From Octopus sinensis (lineage: Eukaryota): 64,000 nt of DNA. Shown piece by piece: positions 26,529-41,016 of this stretch. The first letter of the stretch is position 1, and every line of letters starts with the position of its first letter. The position numbers were made by a program, and so were the translations under genes. A model generated the notes under the pieces. The model saw only the letters and a program-made list of their open reading frames with translations. It was not told the origin of the DNA and did no database searches. The stretch spans positions 79,112,001-79,176,000 of the forward strand of contig NC_042999.1 of the NCBI RefSeq assembly GCF_006345805.1, in the 5' to 3' direction.

Positions 26529-27262
26529 AAGAAAGAGAAAGAAAAGAGAGAGAGGGCAAGTGCATGAGAGAGAAGAGAAAGGAAAGAAAGAGAAGAGAGA
26601 GAAAAAAAGAGAGGAGCAACAGGAAACAGCTTGAAGACAAACCACTGCAACGAGAACAAAAGCAACAGGAACGATATGAAAAACAAAAGCAAGAACAACA
26701 ACAGCAACATAAGTAACACCACCATCCCTACCACATCCACCACCACCACCACTACCTATAACAAGAACACCCATATTGGCTACAGCAGCAGAAATAGCAC
26801 CAGCCTATTACAGCACATTACACCATTTACGATTTTGTTATATACTCTCCTCAGAAGTCTTCCTCTTGGCAATACCGAATGACGCTGTAATCAGTTATTG
26901 CTGATCAATTAAGAAATGCAATAATGCTTTCCATCTAAAAGAGGGATTATTTCCTGATATTTAGCTATATTACGAATTTCCCATAGGTTAATCATTAGAA
27001 ATCGCTTAAATTTCTTGTGGAGTCTTTCGCTTTCTGAAACCTTGCTTTCTTTTCTTTTTTTTTTCTATATCTCTGTTTATTCCTTTTTCTCACTTCTCTC
27101 TCCTTCTCTATCTATCTATCTCTCAACAAACACACACACACATGTTTGTACGTATGTATAATATACATACGTACATATATCATATGTTGTACAAGTACAC
27201 ATATACATGTAAATGTCTCTGTATCTATGTAACTATGTATGTACGTGTGTGTGTATGTATAC

Positions 27263-27296
<34 letters not shown>

Positions 27297-28019
27297 CACA
27301 CATATACGTACATATATATATATGCGCAAATGCAAATGTATATATATATGTATGTGTGTATGCCCATATGTATAAAGACACCGATGCATATATTTATATA
27401 TGCATGTATGCATTTATGTATATATGTTATAAACGCATGTATGTATACACGCACACATAGACATCAACATCAACACTATAAATGACGTTTAAGGCTTTTC
27501 TATCATGATTAGTACCAATACTCTCCTCTTGACTCAATTTATCTCATTGTGAAGATAACTTCTGAGACGAAAGCACGCCAACAGGAAAATAGATATAAGA
27601 TAATTCAGAAATTGATATTGATATCGTAATGTGTAATCTAGCCAGCCAGCCACGTTACGCAGTCAGTCTGTTACTCAGTATATTCAGCATTTCCTTCTGC
27701 ATATAACGAGTGAGCGGTGTTTGGGCAAATCAAAAGTCGAAATCAAAGTGCTGTGTATAACTTGAAGACATAATTAAGCTATTGGCAATCGGAGACCATG
27801 AAGTGGGTTCAATTCCCGGTTGGAAATGCCATTTTATTCCACTCATGGTTATTATGTTGTTTTTTTTGAGAAATGTGGAAACGTGAGAAACTCCCGTTTT
27901 CCACTATTCTGATATTCGTATTAGCAGACTTGCTTTCAAAATAAACACAGATACACAATACACCACACACCCACACACATGCATTTGATGGATTCTCCCG
28001 TCGGTTTCGACGTATGAGG

Positions 28020-28079
<60 letters not shown>

Positions 28080-28348
28080 TATATACCATATATATATATA
28101 ATAAATACATACATATATAGATAGATATACATACATACATACATACATATATATATATATGTATATACGTATATCTGAATTATATATACGCATGTGTGTG
28201 TATTTGTGTGTGTGTGTGTGTGTGTGTGTGTTGTGTGTGTGTGTATACGGGAGTATATTCGAAATAAGATAGAGAAGGAGCGGAGTGAAAGATGTAATCG
28301 AAAGTTTCAGAGACAACTGGAGGACTCTGCTGTACCCTATCATACCCT

Positions 28349-28486
28349 ACTGAGTGCCACCCAAGAAATCGAAAAAGACCACTCTTAAGGCCTCGACGAC
28401 CATTAAAAGACAATTTTGTTAAGCGATTTGGAACAAAATGGAAAAGAATGGCGCAATCCAGAAAGAATTGGGAGCGCATCATGATA
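28349..28486 (+). pseudogene. RTE-clade LINE C-terminal fragment
   Basis: TECHPRNRKRPLLRPRRPLKDNFVKRFGTKWKRMAQSRKNW resembles the RTE motif W.P...KRP.GRP..RW.D...W...AQ.R..W. Confidence 0.65.
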
Positions 28487-28515
28487 CATGCATGCATACA
28501 TACATATATACGTAC

Positions 28516-28569
<54 letters not shown>

Positions 28570-28576
<7 letters not shown>

Positions 28577-28810
28577 AAACATATTTAGAAATGGATGCGT
28601 GCGGTTCTTGTATTGTATGTCCTATTTTTTTTTGTTGTTTAAGAAAAAAGTCCATTTCCGTGGTTTTGTGTTTATGTTTTCGTTTCTGATTGTGTTCGAC
28701 GTTTTTTTGGTGTCCTGTACCCATATATGCATGTATATATTCATGTAGATGTAGGTACGTACATATATGTATGTATATATGCATATGCTTTATTTATTAA
28801 TTTGTTATTA
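28570..28810 (+). mobile_element. 5'-truncated copy of the same family lacking the HHR
   Basis: Tail aligns by eye to 41235-41470. Confidence 0.55.
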
Positions 28811-29879
28811 TATATATACATATATATATATATATACACACGTAGACACATATGCACAGACACAACATACACACACACACGTACACACGCACATAGACTC
28901 ACACGCGCACACACATATTCTCACACACACACATACACACACACGCACATGCAAATGAACCCACACATAACTCCCATACACATACACTCATACATACACG
29001 CACACAATTATACATCCATGGATACATACACACACGCACGCACACATACGTACACACATACACGCACACACAGATACACGCTGCACACAAAACACACACA
29101 CACACACACAACATATACATAGACGCACACACAAATACTTCAAACTATCAGTTAAACACCTTTCTAGTGACTATCCTCCTACGCACATGTGTAGGGAGAC
29201 ACAACAGACAGCCACTCCTACCAAAATTCTTACTATAAATTCTTCCTACGACATAAAGCGACACAAAGTCCAACCACACAGATACATAAAGAGTCACAAC
29301 CACACACACACACATACACACATACACGCGCGTACTATCATTAACACACACACACACGCAGTCCTGCGCGCACGCACATACCCACACATACACACACATA
29401 CGGTCTTGTCTTGCACTCTGCGGTCTTAGAAATAATTTTTTTCCTCACCCTTTCCGGTCATTTCAATATGTGACCGCGTGTGTATTGCTGGCGATTGTCT
29501 TTCTCCGTCTTCCGTCTTCCGTCTTTGTACTTTTTCTATATTTCTGATGAAGAGCTTTAATAAAAAATATTACTTTTAATAAACTAATATTTTCAATGAA
29601 CTTTTTGTCTAATATTTTGTCAGATATTTCCTTGTAAACTGTTGTCAACATTTTCTTATTATAATCAAAGAATGTATATATGTATTTCAATACTTTTGTG
29701 CCAACCAGTATTTAACACAACAAACCTTATACAAAGCTTTACATTTTACTTTTGACAATCTCTTTCTAAAAAATTGAAACCGGTCAAGTGAATAAACATC
29801 TTTAAAATTGCATTTTCAAACTTGGAACCTTAATACATATATATATATATATATAATATATATATAATATATATATATA

Positions 29880-29944
<65 letters not shown>

Positions 29945-29964
29945 AATAGTAAATATATATATAT

Positions 29965-30290
29965 AAGACCCCCCTTCGGTCATGAGTGACCATGGGTTGC
30001 ACCTAGAGAGTTACCCTCTGAGGCACAAGTCTGGGCAAGGTTGTTTTATGGAAGACCAGTAGTCGCCCATGCATACCGGCCTCCCCTCTCCACGCCACCA
30101 GTGTTATCCAAGGGAAAGACAAAGGTCGATACAGCTTGGCACCTGTGACGTCGCAACTCATTTCTATAGCTGAGTGAACTGGAGCAACGTGAAATAAAGT
30201 GTCTTGCTCAAGAACACAACACACAGCCCGGTCCGGGATTCGAGCTCACAACCTCACGATCGTAAGCTCGACGCTCTAACCACTGAGCCA
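29965..30290 (-). mobile_element. SINE family C head/core with a different tail
   Basis: Head tggctcagtggttagagcgtcgagcttacgatcgtgaggttgtgagctcgaatccc; same core as 48381; distinct ~190-bp tail. Confidence 0.8.
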
Positions 30291-30479
30291 AGAAAACACA
30301 AAAAAAACAAAAAAAAACACAACAACGCGAGGACGTGGAACAAATATAGTATTATTGGACGCTCAGGAAAGAAGGGAAGAAGGATGGTTTAACGTTTCTT
30401 CGTCGGAAACATAGGAGAAGGAAAGAACCCGAGAAGGGAAGACAGAGGGAAAAAAATCGACAACGGTACTCACGAGGTC

Positions 30480-30481
<2 letters not shown>
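30290..30481 (-). mobile_element. Copy of the 6004-6140 minimal-HHR repeat with stem II deleted
   Basis: Reverse complement matches 6004-6125; its 5' part matches 29470-29555, which has canonical CTGATGAAGAGC. Confidence 0.6.
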
Positions 30482-30547
<66 letters not shown>

Positions 30548-30823
30548 TATTAGGGAGTAAATCCAAACTTACAGGGAAAAATTAGATTTAGGATTAAATC
30601 CAATTTTATAGTATAAATATATTTATTAAAAAAAAAAAATAAAAATATAAAAATATACATATATATATATATTAAAATTTATAAGTTTAAATTATTTAAT
30701 AATTTTTAAATTTTAACTTTTACATTTTTTAAATTGATTTTATTTCTATGTATTGGCTTATGATTTTCACTGTTTGATTTGCCTAATAGTGTTTTTATCT
30801 CTAATTTAATATTATATATATAT

Positions 30824-30866
<43 letters not shown>

Positions 30867-31384
30867 GACGGGCTTCTTTCAGTTTCCGTCTACGAAATCC
30901 ACTCACAAGGATTTGGTCGGGCCGAGGCCATAGTAGATGACTCTTGCCGTAGGTCCCACGCAGCAGGATTGAACCCGAATCCATGTGGTTAGGAAGCAAT
31001 CTTCTTGCCATACAGCCGCTCCTGTACTTATATATATGTGTGTGTGTATGTGCGCGCGTGTGTGTGTGTATTAATCTAAATACACATACATATCAATGTA
31101 TATATTATATTATATATATATGTGCGTGTGTGTGTGTGTGTGTGTGTGTGGAGGTGCGTTTAAGTGTATGTAGCGTAAATATGTATATAAGTGATGGTGC
31201 GCGTGCATGTGCGTGTGTGTGTGTGAGTGTGCCTGTGTGAGTACACACATGTCCGGAGTTATATGTCAAAGCGATATATAACCTTAGACAAGACACCGAG
31301 ACGTGGAGATAGAGACATAGAGTGAATGAGAATGGTAGAGAGAAAGCGAGAGAGAGAAAGAATGACAGACAGACAGAGAGAAAC

Positions 31385-31422
<38 letters not shown>

Positions 31423-33112
31423 GAGTGAGAGAGAGAGAGAAGCGGGATGGCTATGTAATGAAACCAACAAATGGCTAAATCTTTTTCCAGTTTAGTTATT
31501 TAAGAAACATGATCTCTCAACCCCCCCCCCCATACTCTCTCACATACATTTATTCTCATTATCACTCTCCTTGACAATCATTCACTCACGCACACACACA
31601 CACACACATGATATCACCGAAATACTCGCATACATACTGCTTCTCTCTTTGATCTGTGTCTATGTCTCTTTCTCTCCTGCCCCCCTCCTCCTATCCCTCT
31701 CTCATTTCTTCTAATCTGACACCGACCATATTTTTCTCCACGACACGCATATTGCTATTCTTATTTATTTCATATCATGATGAATCCGGGCAACATTCCA
31801 TCCACTTCTCTTCTGTGAGAGTCAGTTGTCTAGTCAAGTGATTAATGGAAACTCAAATTAGGGACAGGGTGGAAGCTAGTTTTAGGTATGTCGCTCTCTC
31901 CCCCCTCCCTTTCTCTCTCTCTCTCTCCTCTTTAAAGAACGGGACTTCTCTCAAGAAGCAGATTTATGCGATGTACAGTAAAACAAAAAACAAAAACAAA
32001 AAACGCTCAATTATTTATTCGTGTCAAGATCTAATCCATGTAAATCCACGATATAAGTGAAATCAAATGGAGTTTTTAACCAGGAATTGAAACCACCCCG
32101 CAGCCTTGACTCACCAGGAGTTTGAAATTCCTCTCCAACTTGTTCATCTTATGATTTAGATTTTAATTTACCTGAATAACATCTGAAGACTTGATAGTTC
32201 GTATTTATCCTCTGGTACGACAATGTGCTCATGGCCCTAAGATGGCGTATTACTGCTGCTGCTGATAGCTCTAGTTTGATCCACACTGAGCAGACAAATG
32301 AGTCAAAGTATTCCAGCAGTAACGTACCTTGTCATTTGTGCGTTTGTGTGTATTTAGTGTTTGTGTATGTGTGTGCGAGCATGAGATAGAGATAGAGAGA
32401 CAGAGACAGACAGAGCGGGGAAGAGTATAGAGATAGAGAACAATAGCTAATGACTCCGTATTTCAACCAAGGGATGAAGTACATTGAGTACATTGTTCAG
32501 GAAGTCGAACGACCAGGTAGAGACGCACCTTTTGATATTCCAACTCAGTTAATTTTGCGAAACTTACAGAGAACCGATATACCTAGAAAATAATTTTATA
32601 ATCTGAAGGCTTACAGCCATGTATCACAAGTCATAGGAGCATGAGTTTTACTGCAATCTAAGACAAATACAATCGTATTTAACTTGCAGGCGCACACTCG
32701 GACATCGCAAGATATATTGCGGTAGAAATTATCACGAGAAAAAACGCCTTATAGAGAGTATGCGTGAAAACTATACCAGTAGGTAAGGAATGATCTCATC
32801 GGACCTAAGATCGTAAGCGTTTCTGCTTTCTTTTGAAACAATTTCCAACACTGAGTGTACACAAGCATGTTAAATGTTATTGTACGTGCCTATATTTCAT
32901 TTAGTGTGTCATCGATTAATTAATTCCAACTTTAAAATCTTTGTGCGCGAAGAAAATGTATCATTTGCTGTTCCAGTATGACAACAATCTGTTATCAGCA
33001 GCTTTGAAGGGCGACTTGATATCCATAGCGGACGATACACAGCAACAGAGAAATGTAAACGTCCTACGGTCCAATGATGTCATTCCTATCTCAATAGTAT
33101 ATTGTCCATACT

Positions 33113-33858
33113 GTCAGAAACGTTAGCACGCCGGGCGAAATGCTTAGCGGTATTTCGTCTGCCGCTACGTTCTGAGTTCAAATTCCGCCGAGGTCAACTT
33201 TGCCCTTCGTCCTTTCGGGGTCGATTAAATAAGTACCAGTTACGCACTGGGTCGATATAATCGACTTAATCGGTTTGTCTGTCCTTGTTTGTCACCTCTG
33301 TGTAGCCCCTTGTGGGCAGTAAAGAAATAGGTATTTCGTCTGCTGCTACGTTCTGAGTTCAAATTCGCCGAGGTCAACTTTGCCCTTCGTCCTTTCGGGG
33401 TCGATTAAATAAGTACCAGTTACGCACTGGGTCGATATAATCGACTTAATCGGTTTGTCTGTCCTTGTTTGTCACCTCTGTGTAGCCCCTTGTGGGCAGT
33501 AAAGAAATAGGTATTTCGTCTGCTGCTACGTTCTGAGTTCAAATTCCGCCGAGGTCGACTTTGCCTTTCATCCTTTCGAGGTCGATTAAATAAGTACCAG
33601 TTACGCACTAGGGTCGATATAATCGACTTAATCCGTTTGTCTGTTCTTGTTTGTCCTCTCTGTGTTTATCCCTTTGTGGGTAGTAAAGAAATAGGTATTT
33701 CGTCTATCATTATGTTCTGAGTTCAAATTCCGCCGAGGTCGACTTTGCCTTTCATCATTTCGGGGTCGATAAATTAAGTACCAGTCTCGTATTGGGGTCG
33801 ATCTGATCGACTGGCCCCTCCCTAAAAATTTCGGGCCTTGTGCCTAGAGTAGAGAGAG
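33113..33858 (+). mobile_element. SINE family B with four internal ~180-bp tandem units
   Basis: Units start at 33149, 33330, 33510 and 33694 (ggtatttcgtct..gagttcaaattcc..gcctttcatcctttcggggtcga). Confidence 0.85.
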
Positions 33859-35509
33859 TATAGTATTTTGTCCAATTATGTCATTCATAGCTCAATAGTA
33901 TGTTGTCTAGATTTTTGTCTATCTTGTCTACAAGGAGATTCGTATCTCTCGAGACGATTTCTGCAGCGTATGTCTTTCTATGCCCATGTATGCACGCACA
34001 CACAGGTGAAATATGAATATAAATGCCCATATTTCATTCAACGCTGCTTGGTCCACGTCTAATTAACAAAGACGTAAACCTCATAATAAATTTGATATGG
34101 AACCTTGAAGGCAGTTTAATGTTGGACAGAACAGTCTCCCGATTAAGTCTATAATCAAAATGTTGCAACGCTTACTACATCTGTACTGATGTGCATCAAA
34201 CTAACAAGGCCAAGATACCGACTTCTGAGCCAAGCAGGATCTTCATACACCTAGTACGCGATTGAGTGGTGATTTGGGTACCAGCATGAAAATCAGCTAC
34301 AACACCGAATGTAAAAGTTACGAGTGTTATAAAAGCTACTACAAGGCTTACCACTTTCAGGACAGAGTTGTGAGTTAACAGTGGGTGTTGCAACAAAGGT
34401 CTTAACTAATCAGTCATTTAAACTCCATTCTTTTTTGAACAGACGGCTGTCAAACTTCTTACATGCATACATACATTCATAAATACATACATACATACAT
34501 ACATAAATACATACACGCACACAGAGACACATATATACGCATATGTATGTATGTTTGTATGTATGTATGTGTGTATGAATGTATGTACGCGTAGGCACAC
34601 GTTTACACGCATATATACAAATATGCATGCACACACAAACGCGCACACACACACACACACACACGCGCGCGCGCACACACACACACACGCACACACACAC
34701 AGACAGAGGGTAATTTCAGTCAATTTGCTTTCTGTTTATGTTACCTAGAAACTGTTAGCATTGGCACAGGAATTAACTGGGTCTCATACTGAAGAATCTT
34801 TGAATAGTCTCACTGATGGGATGCGAGCTGTAGAGCAATTCTTTGAACCGGCAGTTCAGTAAATCTGGCAGCATTTCTGTCAGCTGTGACTTTCATGTAA
34901 GAAAAGAGACACTAATTCAATTTAACGAAAGAATGGTTTGTGTTAAGAGGAAATAATCAACCGTAAATGTACTACATCTCGTTAACATTACTGAAAGCTG
35001 TTTTAACTCTGATTAAGAATTTAGCCCCATTTCAGCGGAAAAATAAAATCTGAAAAATAAACAACAAAAACATTTCTTGTTAGTTTTTTTTTTTTTTACC
35101 GCCTTTTATCGTTAAAGCTCTTGTCTGGAGTTTGAACTTCTAGCCATACAGCTGATTTCATGATTTCTTGCTAACAACTCATTGTTTGCTTTATTTTATC
35201 TTCAATTTATTTTTTAATTTACAAAGTACGAAGAATCTTTATTTAGGAAATGTATACACCAGCAGATTATTGGCTTAAAGGAAAGGAAATGCCCTGAGCT
35301 GGTTATTCAGACTTCTTCGAACTCACGACCCATCCACCACACCTTCAATTACTTCTAGTTTATAGTTGCTAGGCAGGCTATCCTGAAATATATTGATATT
35401 TTGACAAAATGCGAAACCAATAACTTCTTTTTATATAAAATCCAGAAACTGAACTCGAATCTGAATCAGTAACTTGTTTATCGCAAAATATACTAATTGG
35501 TATTAAATT

Positions 35510-35870
35510 ACAGCCTGGCGCATCGCAGCCTCTGGTCCACAGTTGTACTGCCTCCTGTCTATCTTTCTAGTCGCTGATATATTGACCCCAGTTCCTCGGA
35601 TGTGGCTGGTCTCATACATTCTCCACTTAGACACCACAGATTCACTCTGGTTATTACATCTCATCACTCCTGTTGCGTCCAACTCTCTTTCTCTTTCTCA
35701 CTTTCTCTCTGCCCTACATTAACTACTCTGCCCAGTCTTTCCTTTCAAGAACATTAGCCGTTTGGAATCTTCTTGCTCATGACGTTCCACCAGAAATTGA
35801 CCTGCAACAATTTAAATGTAACTCGGACGTCAAACTCACCGGTCTCAGAGAACATACAAAGGTCATGGCT
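35510..35870 (+). pseudogene. Old LINE 3' fragment (L2/jockey-like)
   Basis: QSFLSRTLAVWNLL...IDLQQFKCN resembles the SFxPRTxxLWNxLP..DLxxFK LINE C-terminus. Confidence 0.5.
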
Positions 35871-36315
35871 ACTACTTTTTTTCCTCTAGATTCAGCAATA
35901 AAAAAAATACTAGTCACCAAAATATAGTTATTTAATTTTTTTGTTTCTGAATATATGTCAGACGTTGATTCAAGCGTGTCTTTTGTTTTTCGCTTGCACA
36001 TCTAGATTTTGAAATATGAAAGTTATATTTTTTACAGGTTTATCCAATAATTATAAAATAATAATTTTTTATACAAAATTTGCTTATTGTTTCAACAGAA
36101 GTACTGCATATATTTAATTAATTCTTATTTATTTAATTTCAAAGTAATTTTATTACAAAATTTCAAAAGTTTTGAGTTTTTATTGTTTGACTATCTTGGT
36201 GGAATCATTCTTCTTGCTCGTCGTTTACCGTACCAAAATATTCTGGAAAGATATCTAGACAGCAGTTTAGAAGGTGTATCGTTAACGAAACTTGATAGCT
36301 TATTTCTTTATAAAC

Positions 36316-36704
36316 AGTGGCTGTTTGGTAAGTAGCTTGCTTACCAACCACATGGTTCCGGGTTCAGTCCCACTGCATGGCACCTTAGGCAAGTGTCTTC
36401 TACTATAGCATCGAGCAGACCAAAGCCTTGTGACTGGATTTCGTAGACGAAAACTGAAAGAAGCCTGGCGTGTGTGTATATATGTGTGCGTGTGTGTGTG
36501 TGTATGTTTGTGTATCTATGTTTGTCCCTCCAACATCGCTTGACAACCGATGTTGGTGCGTTTACGTCCCCGTAACTTAGCGGTTGGGCAAAAGAGACCG
36601 GTAGAATAAGTACTAGGTTTACAAAGGGGGTCGATCTGCTCGACTATAGGCGGTGCTCCAGCATGGCCGCATTCAAATGACTGAAACAAGTGAAAGAATA
36701 AAAA
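36316..36704 (+). mobile_element. SINE family A
   Basis: Homologous to 8659-9069. Confidence 0.85.
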
Positions 36705-37182
36705 GCTTTAAATTAATTTTCTATATGAAGGCTACTTATTTTCCATTGCAGTGTATGAGGGGAGAGGGGTGTGTTTTCTTTTTCAAGTCCGATGTCTTTT
36801 CGAACCTCCTTGATTTTTGACCACAAATATTATCTCTCTTTTAATTTGTTGCATAACATTTAGTACTGAAATCTATTTGGATTGACTGCGTTCATTGTTT
36901 CCACACAAATTTTTCATTTAACCAAGTTTAATATGAAGAGGTGGCAGAAATATCTTCTTGGTATTAACTGAGAGGACGGAATAGACACTCTTTATTCGTA
37001 GGATATACATTGATCTTAGTGGCCAGATACGTTTAAATATATTCAGTTGTGGTGTCACAAAATCCCGTAGGCATGACAAGCAGCAACATTTAACAAATCA
37101 GTCAACAACATATCAAAGTTTTTGAGATGATCCCTTCAGAAATTGCATTGACGAACAATTAAGCAGTAGGAAATGCAATTCT

Positions 37183-37606
37183 TTTCTACTCTAGGCAAAA
37201 GGCCCAAACTTGTTGGGGCGGGGGGCAGTCGACTAGATTGACTCCAGTACGCAACCGGTACTTAATTTATCGACCCTGAAAAGAGGAAAGGCAAAGTCAA
37301 CCTCGGCGGAATTTGAACTCAGAACGTAACAGCAGACGAAATATCGCTAAGTATTTCGCCCGGCGTTCTAACGTTTCTTATTTCTTTATTGCCCATAAGG
37401 GGCTAAACATAGAGGGGACAAACAAGGACAGACAAAGGGATTAAGTCGATTATATCGACCCCAGTGCATAATTGGTACTTATTTAATCGACCCCGAAAGG
37501 ATGAAAGGCAAAGTCGACCTCGGCGGAATTTGAACTCACAACGTAACGGCAGACGAAATACAGCTAAGCATTTCGCCAGCTAACGTTTCTGCCAGCTCGC
37601 CGCCTT
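37183..37606 (-). mobile_element. SINE family B dimer
   Basis: Same head and tail, two modules. Confidence 0.85.
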
Positions 37607-40030
37607 GTAGTAAATGCAATTCATGATATCATTCGTCATTTGGGTGAAAAGAATGTTCACTAAGATTGTATGGTTTTTCTGTTCTTGATTTCAAGCTTCT
37701 TTGTCATAACTTAGATGCTACATGTAACTGAAACAAGATTGTGAAGAGTCACAGATACTATCACAGTAATAGAGTAGACCAATTACTTTGAAGCATGTTA
37801 CTCAGATTTTTATTTTGATAGCGACTCCCTTCATTCAGTTTTGAAGCAAGAAGCTCTCTCTCTATAGCGTAAAAAACTTTGCCTCCATAGTTTCCTCGGA
37901 TAGATATTCAGAATCTGTAGTTGCCACCCCTCCACAACTTACGCTACCGTCACTGTTCATTACATCGTCTACGAGGGTAGTTTATAAGGGGGAAAAGAAA
38001 TATGCATTGCTCTAACTTGTTGGACTGGTCTACGTGATGCGAAAAGTTCAGTTACGTTAACAACACGAAAATACTAGCTAGAATGCTGATTTCTTTGTTC
38101 TCTCCATGTTAAGATTACAGCAAAAGACATTGACAACCTAATTTAGTTCAATTAATCATATGGTCAATTTGCTCCAGTTAAGGAATTTCGATGTAGTTTC
38201 ACTGATTGTCATTGTCACCTACAAGACAACCATATATATGTTAAGTGTTTATATGATCCTTTGCGATAGCATGCCGTTGTATCTGTGTTGTAAAAGTACC
38301 AGAAACATAACAAAATTGTTCTGGATTATTTTTACAGCTACGATGTATAATGATTAAATGGAAATATACTAAGCAACTACCTTGAAAAATACAAAATATT
38401 TCAAATAGTTATAATCTCATAAATTATACGGACGTCGAAAAAGGCGAAAACAGTTTTAAATTTGAAACAAGATTGCTTTTCCTACTCCACCCAGAATGAA
38501 GGTTCCTTTTTGATCAAGGTTATTTCATCTGGATGAGTTTATATTCACCTTGTGAAAGGCAATATATACCAGCTCACTGATTCGCCTATCAAAGTACTAA
38601 GTAATATATACAACTGTCAAAGTAGGCGCAGACGTAACTTTGTAGCAAAAAGTTACCTTCACAACTTCACGGTTTTAGATTCATTCTAACCACGCGGTTC
38701 CATCAGCAAGTATTTTCTACTATAACCATGGGCCTCACAATGCCTTATGAGTAGATTTGGTGGACGAAAGCTGAAACAAACCTGCTGTATATACATGTCT
38801 TTGCGTCTATGTTTGTCCTCCAAAACCTGTGGTAGTCTGTTTACACCTCCTTACCTTAGTGTTTCGGCAAAAGCGGCCAATAGAATAAGTATCAGGCTTT
38901 AAAAATCAGTAAGTACTGGGATAATTTCATTCGACTAAAAAATTTTCAAGACAGTACCTCAGGACGGCCACATTTTAATGACTGAAACAAGTAGAAGGTA
39001 AAAGATAAAAAGAACCTGATATAAACAAGGTATAAACTTTGTTAAAACACACAAGAGTTTCTGTTAACTAAATAATTAAAGAACTACATGCCAATTATAT
39101 TTACTTAGTGTAAAAACAATAGGTTTTCTTGACAAATACAAATATATATTGTAAGCGAAACGGAAATCTGACGTTCTTGGCTTCAAACGGAATATTCATT
39201 AGCTTAAAATATACGGTGAAAAAGCCCTCACGTGGAGACTCCACACGTGAAAGTATATTAGTCTCTTTTTTACTGTTTGCGTTGTGGTTGCTTGTTTTTC
39301 TTCATTTTTTTTTGTTTTTGCATATTACTAAAAGCTTGTTTTAACGAGCATGTCTATATCGCATACTTCTTCATTATACAGACATCACTATTTTCCTACT
39401 GACTTCCCGTATTTCTTTTCAATCATGTAAGCTTAGAGCAGTGTCACGAAGAAAACTATTCCCTAGAGATAAAGCTACGGCCCAGCAACGATTTGTGTAT
39501 GTACACGCCTGACTGTGAATGTGTGTGCGCGTCTATCAATGATATAAATATGAGTGCTTTTATGTACCTATTTCTTTATTACCCACAATGGGCTAAACAC
39601 AGAGGGGACAAACAAGGATAGACATAGGTATTAAGTCGATTACATCGACCCCAGTGCGTAACTGGTACTTAATTTATCGACCCCGAAAGAATGAAAGGCA
39701 AAGTTACCACGAGTCCATATGAGAGGTCTTCTCGTGATAACTATCGCAGTACTCAGTGTTCTGACAAAAGATACCCGTTAAGTTAGCCATAAAAGTTGTC
39801 TTATGGTATTAATACTGCTTCTGTCGTTATTAATTCTTTTATAGTAAGCCACCTGGCTATTTGCAGCATCAGTGCCTGAAAACAAAGTGAAATTCTATGA
39901 TAAAGAGAATCGGCTCTTACGTTGGTGGCAGATGTCTGCTTCTGAGGAGTAAAAGACACTGCGAAATAACGTGATCTAGTATATGTATGTGTATATTACA
40001 TATGTATATATGTGTATACAAAGACACAAA

Positions 40031-40066
<36 letters not shown>

Positions 40067-40869
40067 CGTATGTGTGTGTGCGTGCGCGCACGCATGTGTT
40101 TGTGTATGTAAAATGGCCTTAGTTTTTCTTTCTCATTTAGTTCAGGGTTATTTTCTCTGCATTTATTATACATTATTTGTTCATTAGTTTTTAGCACCTT
40201 ATTGACATGCTTACCACTCTTTTAGTTTTGGGAAACAAAAATATTACGAGATTGGCAAATTTACTGCTAAACCTAGTTCTTTACGGTGATTATATATGTG
40301 TATGTATGTATGTATGTATGTATGTATGTATGTATGTATGTATGTATGTATGTATGTATGTATGCATGCATGCATGTATGTACATATATATATATATATG
40401 TGTGTGTGTGTGTTGTGTGTGTGTGTGTGTGTTTGTGTGCAAACAATTGTCTAGTTACCTATTGAATAGACCTTTTCACTTTCAGATGTCGCAGACTGAT
40501 GCCGCTGGATAGTCAAATACATCTTCCATCAGAGGAATTCAGTAACAATGGTTCGGCCAGTACAGGCTGACCCACCACCAGCATGCGACTAGATTCCCCC
40601 TTCTTCTTCTTCTTCTTCTTCTTCTTCTTCTTCTCTTCTTCTTCTTCTTCTTCTTCTTCTTCTTCTTCTTCTTCTTCTTCTTTTTTTTTTCCTTCATCCT
40701 CTTCTGCTCCTTCCTTTTCTCCTTATCATTGACCCCCCCTCCACATAATATCTACACCACATACTTCCCCCGCATCCCCACTTTCAAATTATTCTTTTCT
40801 GTTTCCTTACGAAATTTTCCTTACAACAATCTTTGAAGGGCGCACAGTGTAATAACACACTTTCGATGC

Positions 40870-40987
40870 AAGTCTGATGAAGTGCTTCCCCAATGACTAC
40901 AACTGAAAATATTACGAGGTTTTCCATTTATAATTTAAGCGTCAACTAGCGTTACAAATAGAGATGGCACGGAAACTTTTGTAACTT
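40870..40987 (+). ncRNA. Type I hammerhead candidate with ~80-nt insert in stem II
   Basis: AAGT-CTGATGA-A-GTGC...(81 nt)...GCAC-G-GAAA-C-tttt-G-TA^-ACTT. Confidence 0.5.
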
Positions 40988-41016
40988 ATAATTAAAGATG
41001 TGTAAATAAATTTTCC

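Noticed and set aside
29544-29790. Single hammerhead with a ~220-nt stem II joining CTGATGA (29544) to GAAACCGGTC (29776)
   Set aside because: Better explained as two separate elements: a truncated copy of the 6007 family plus a fossil motif at 29747.
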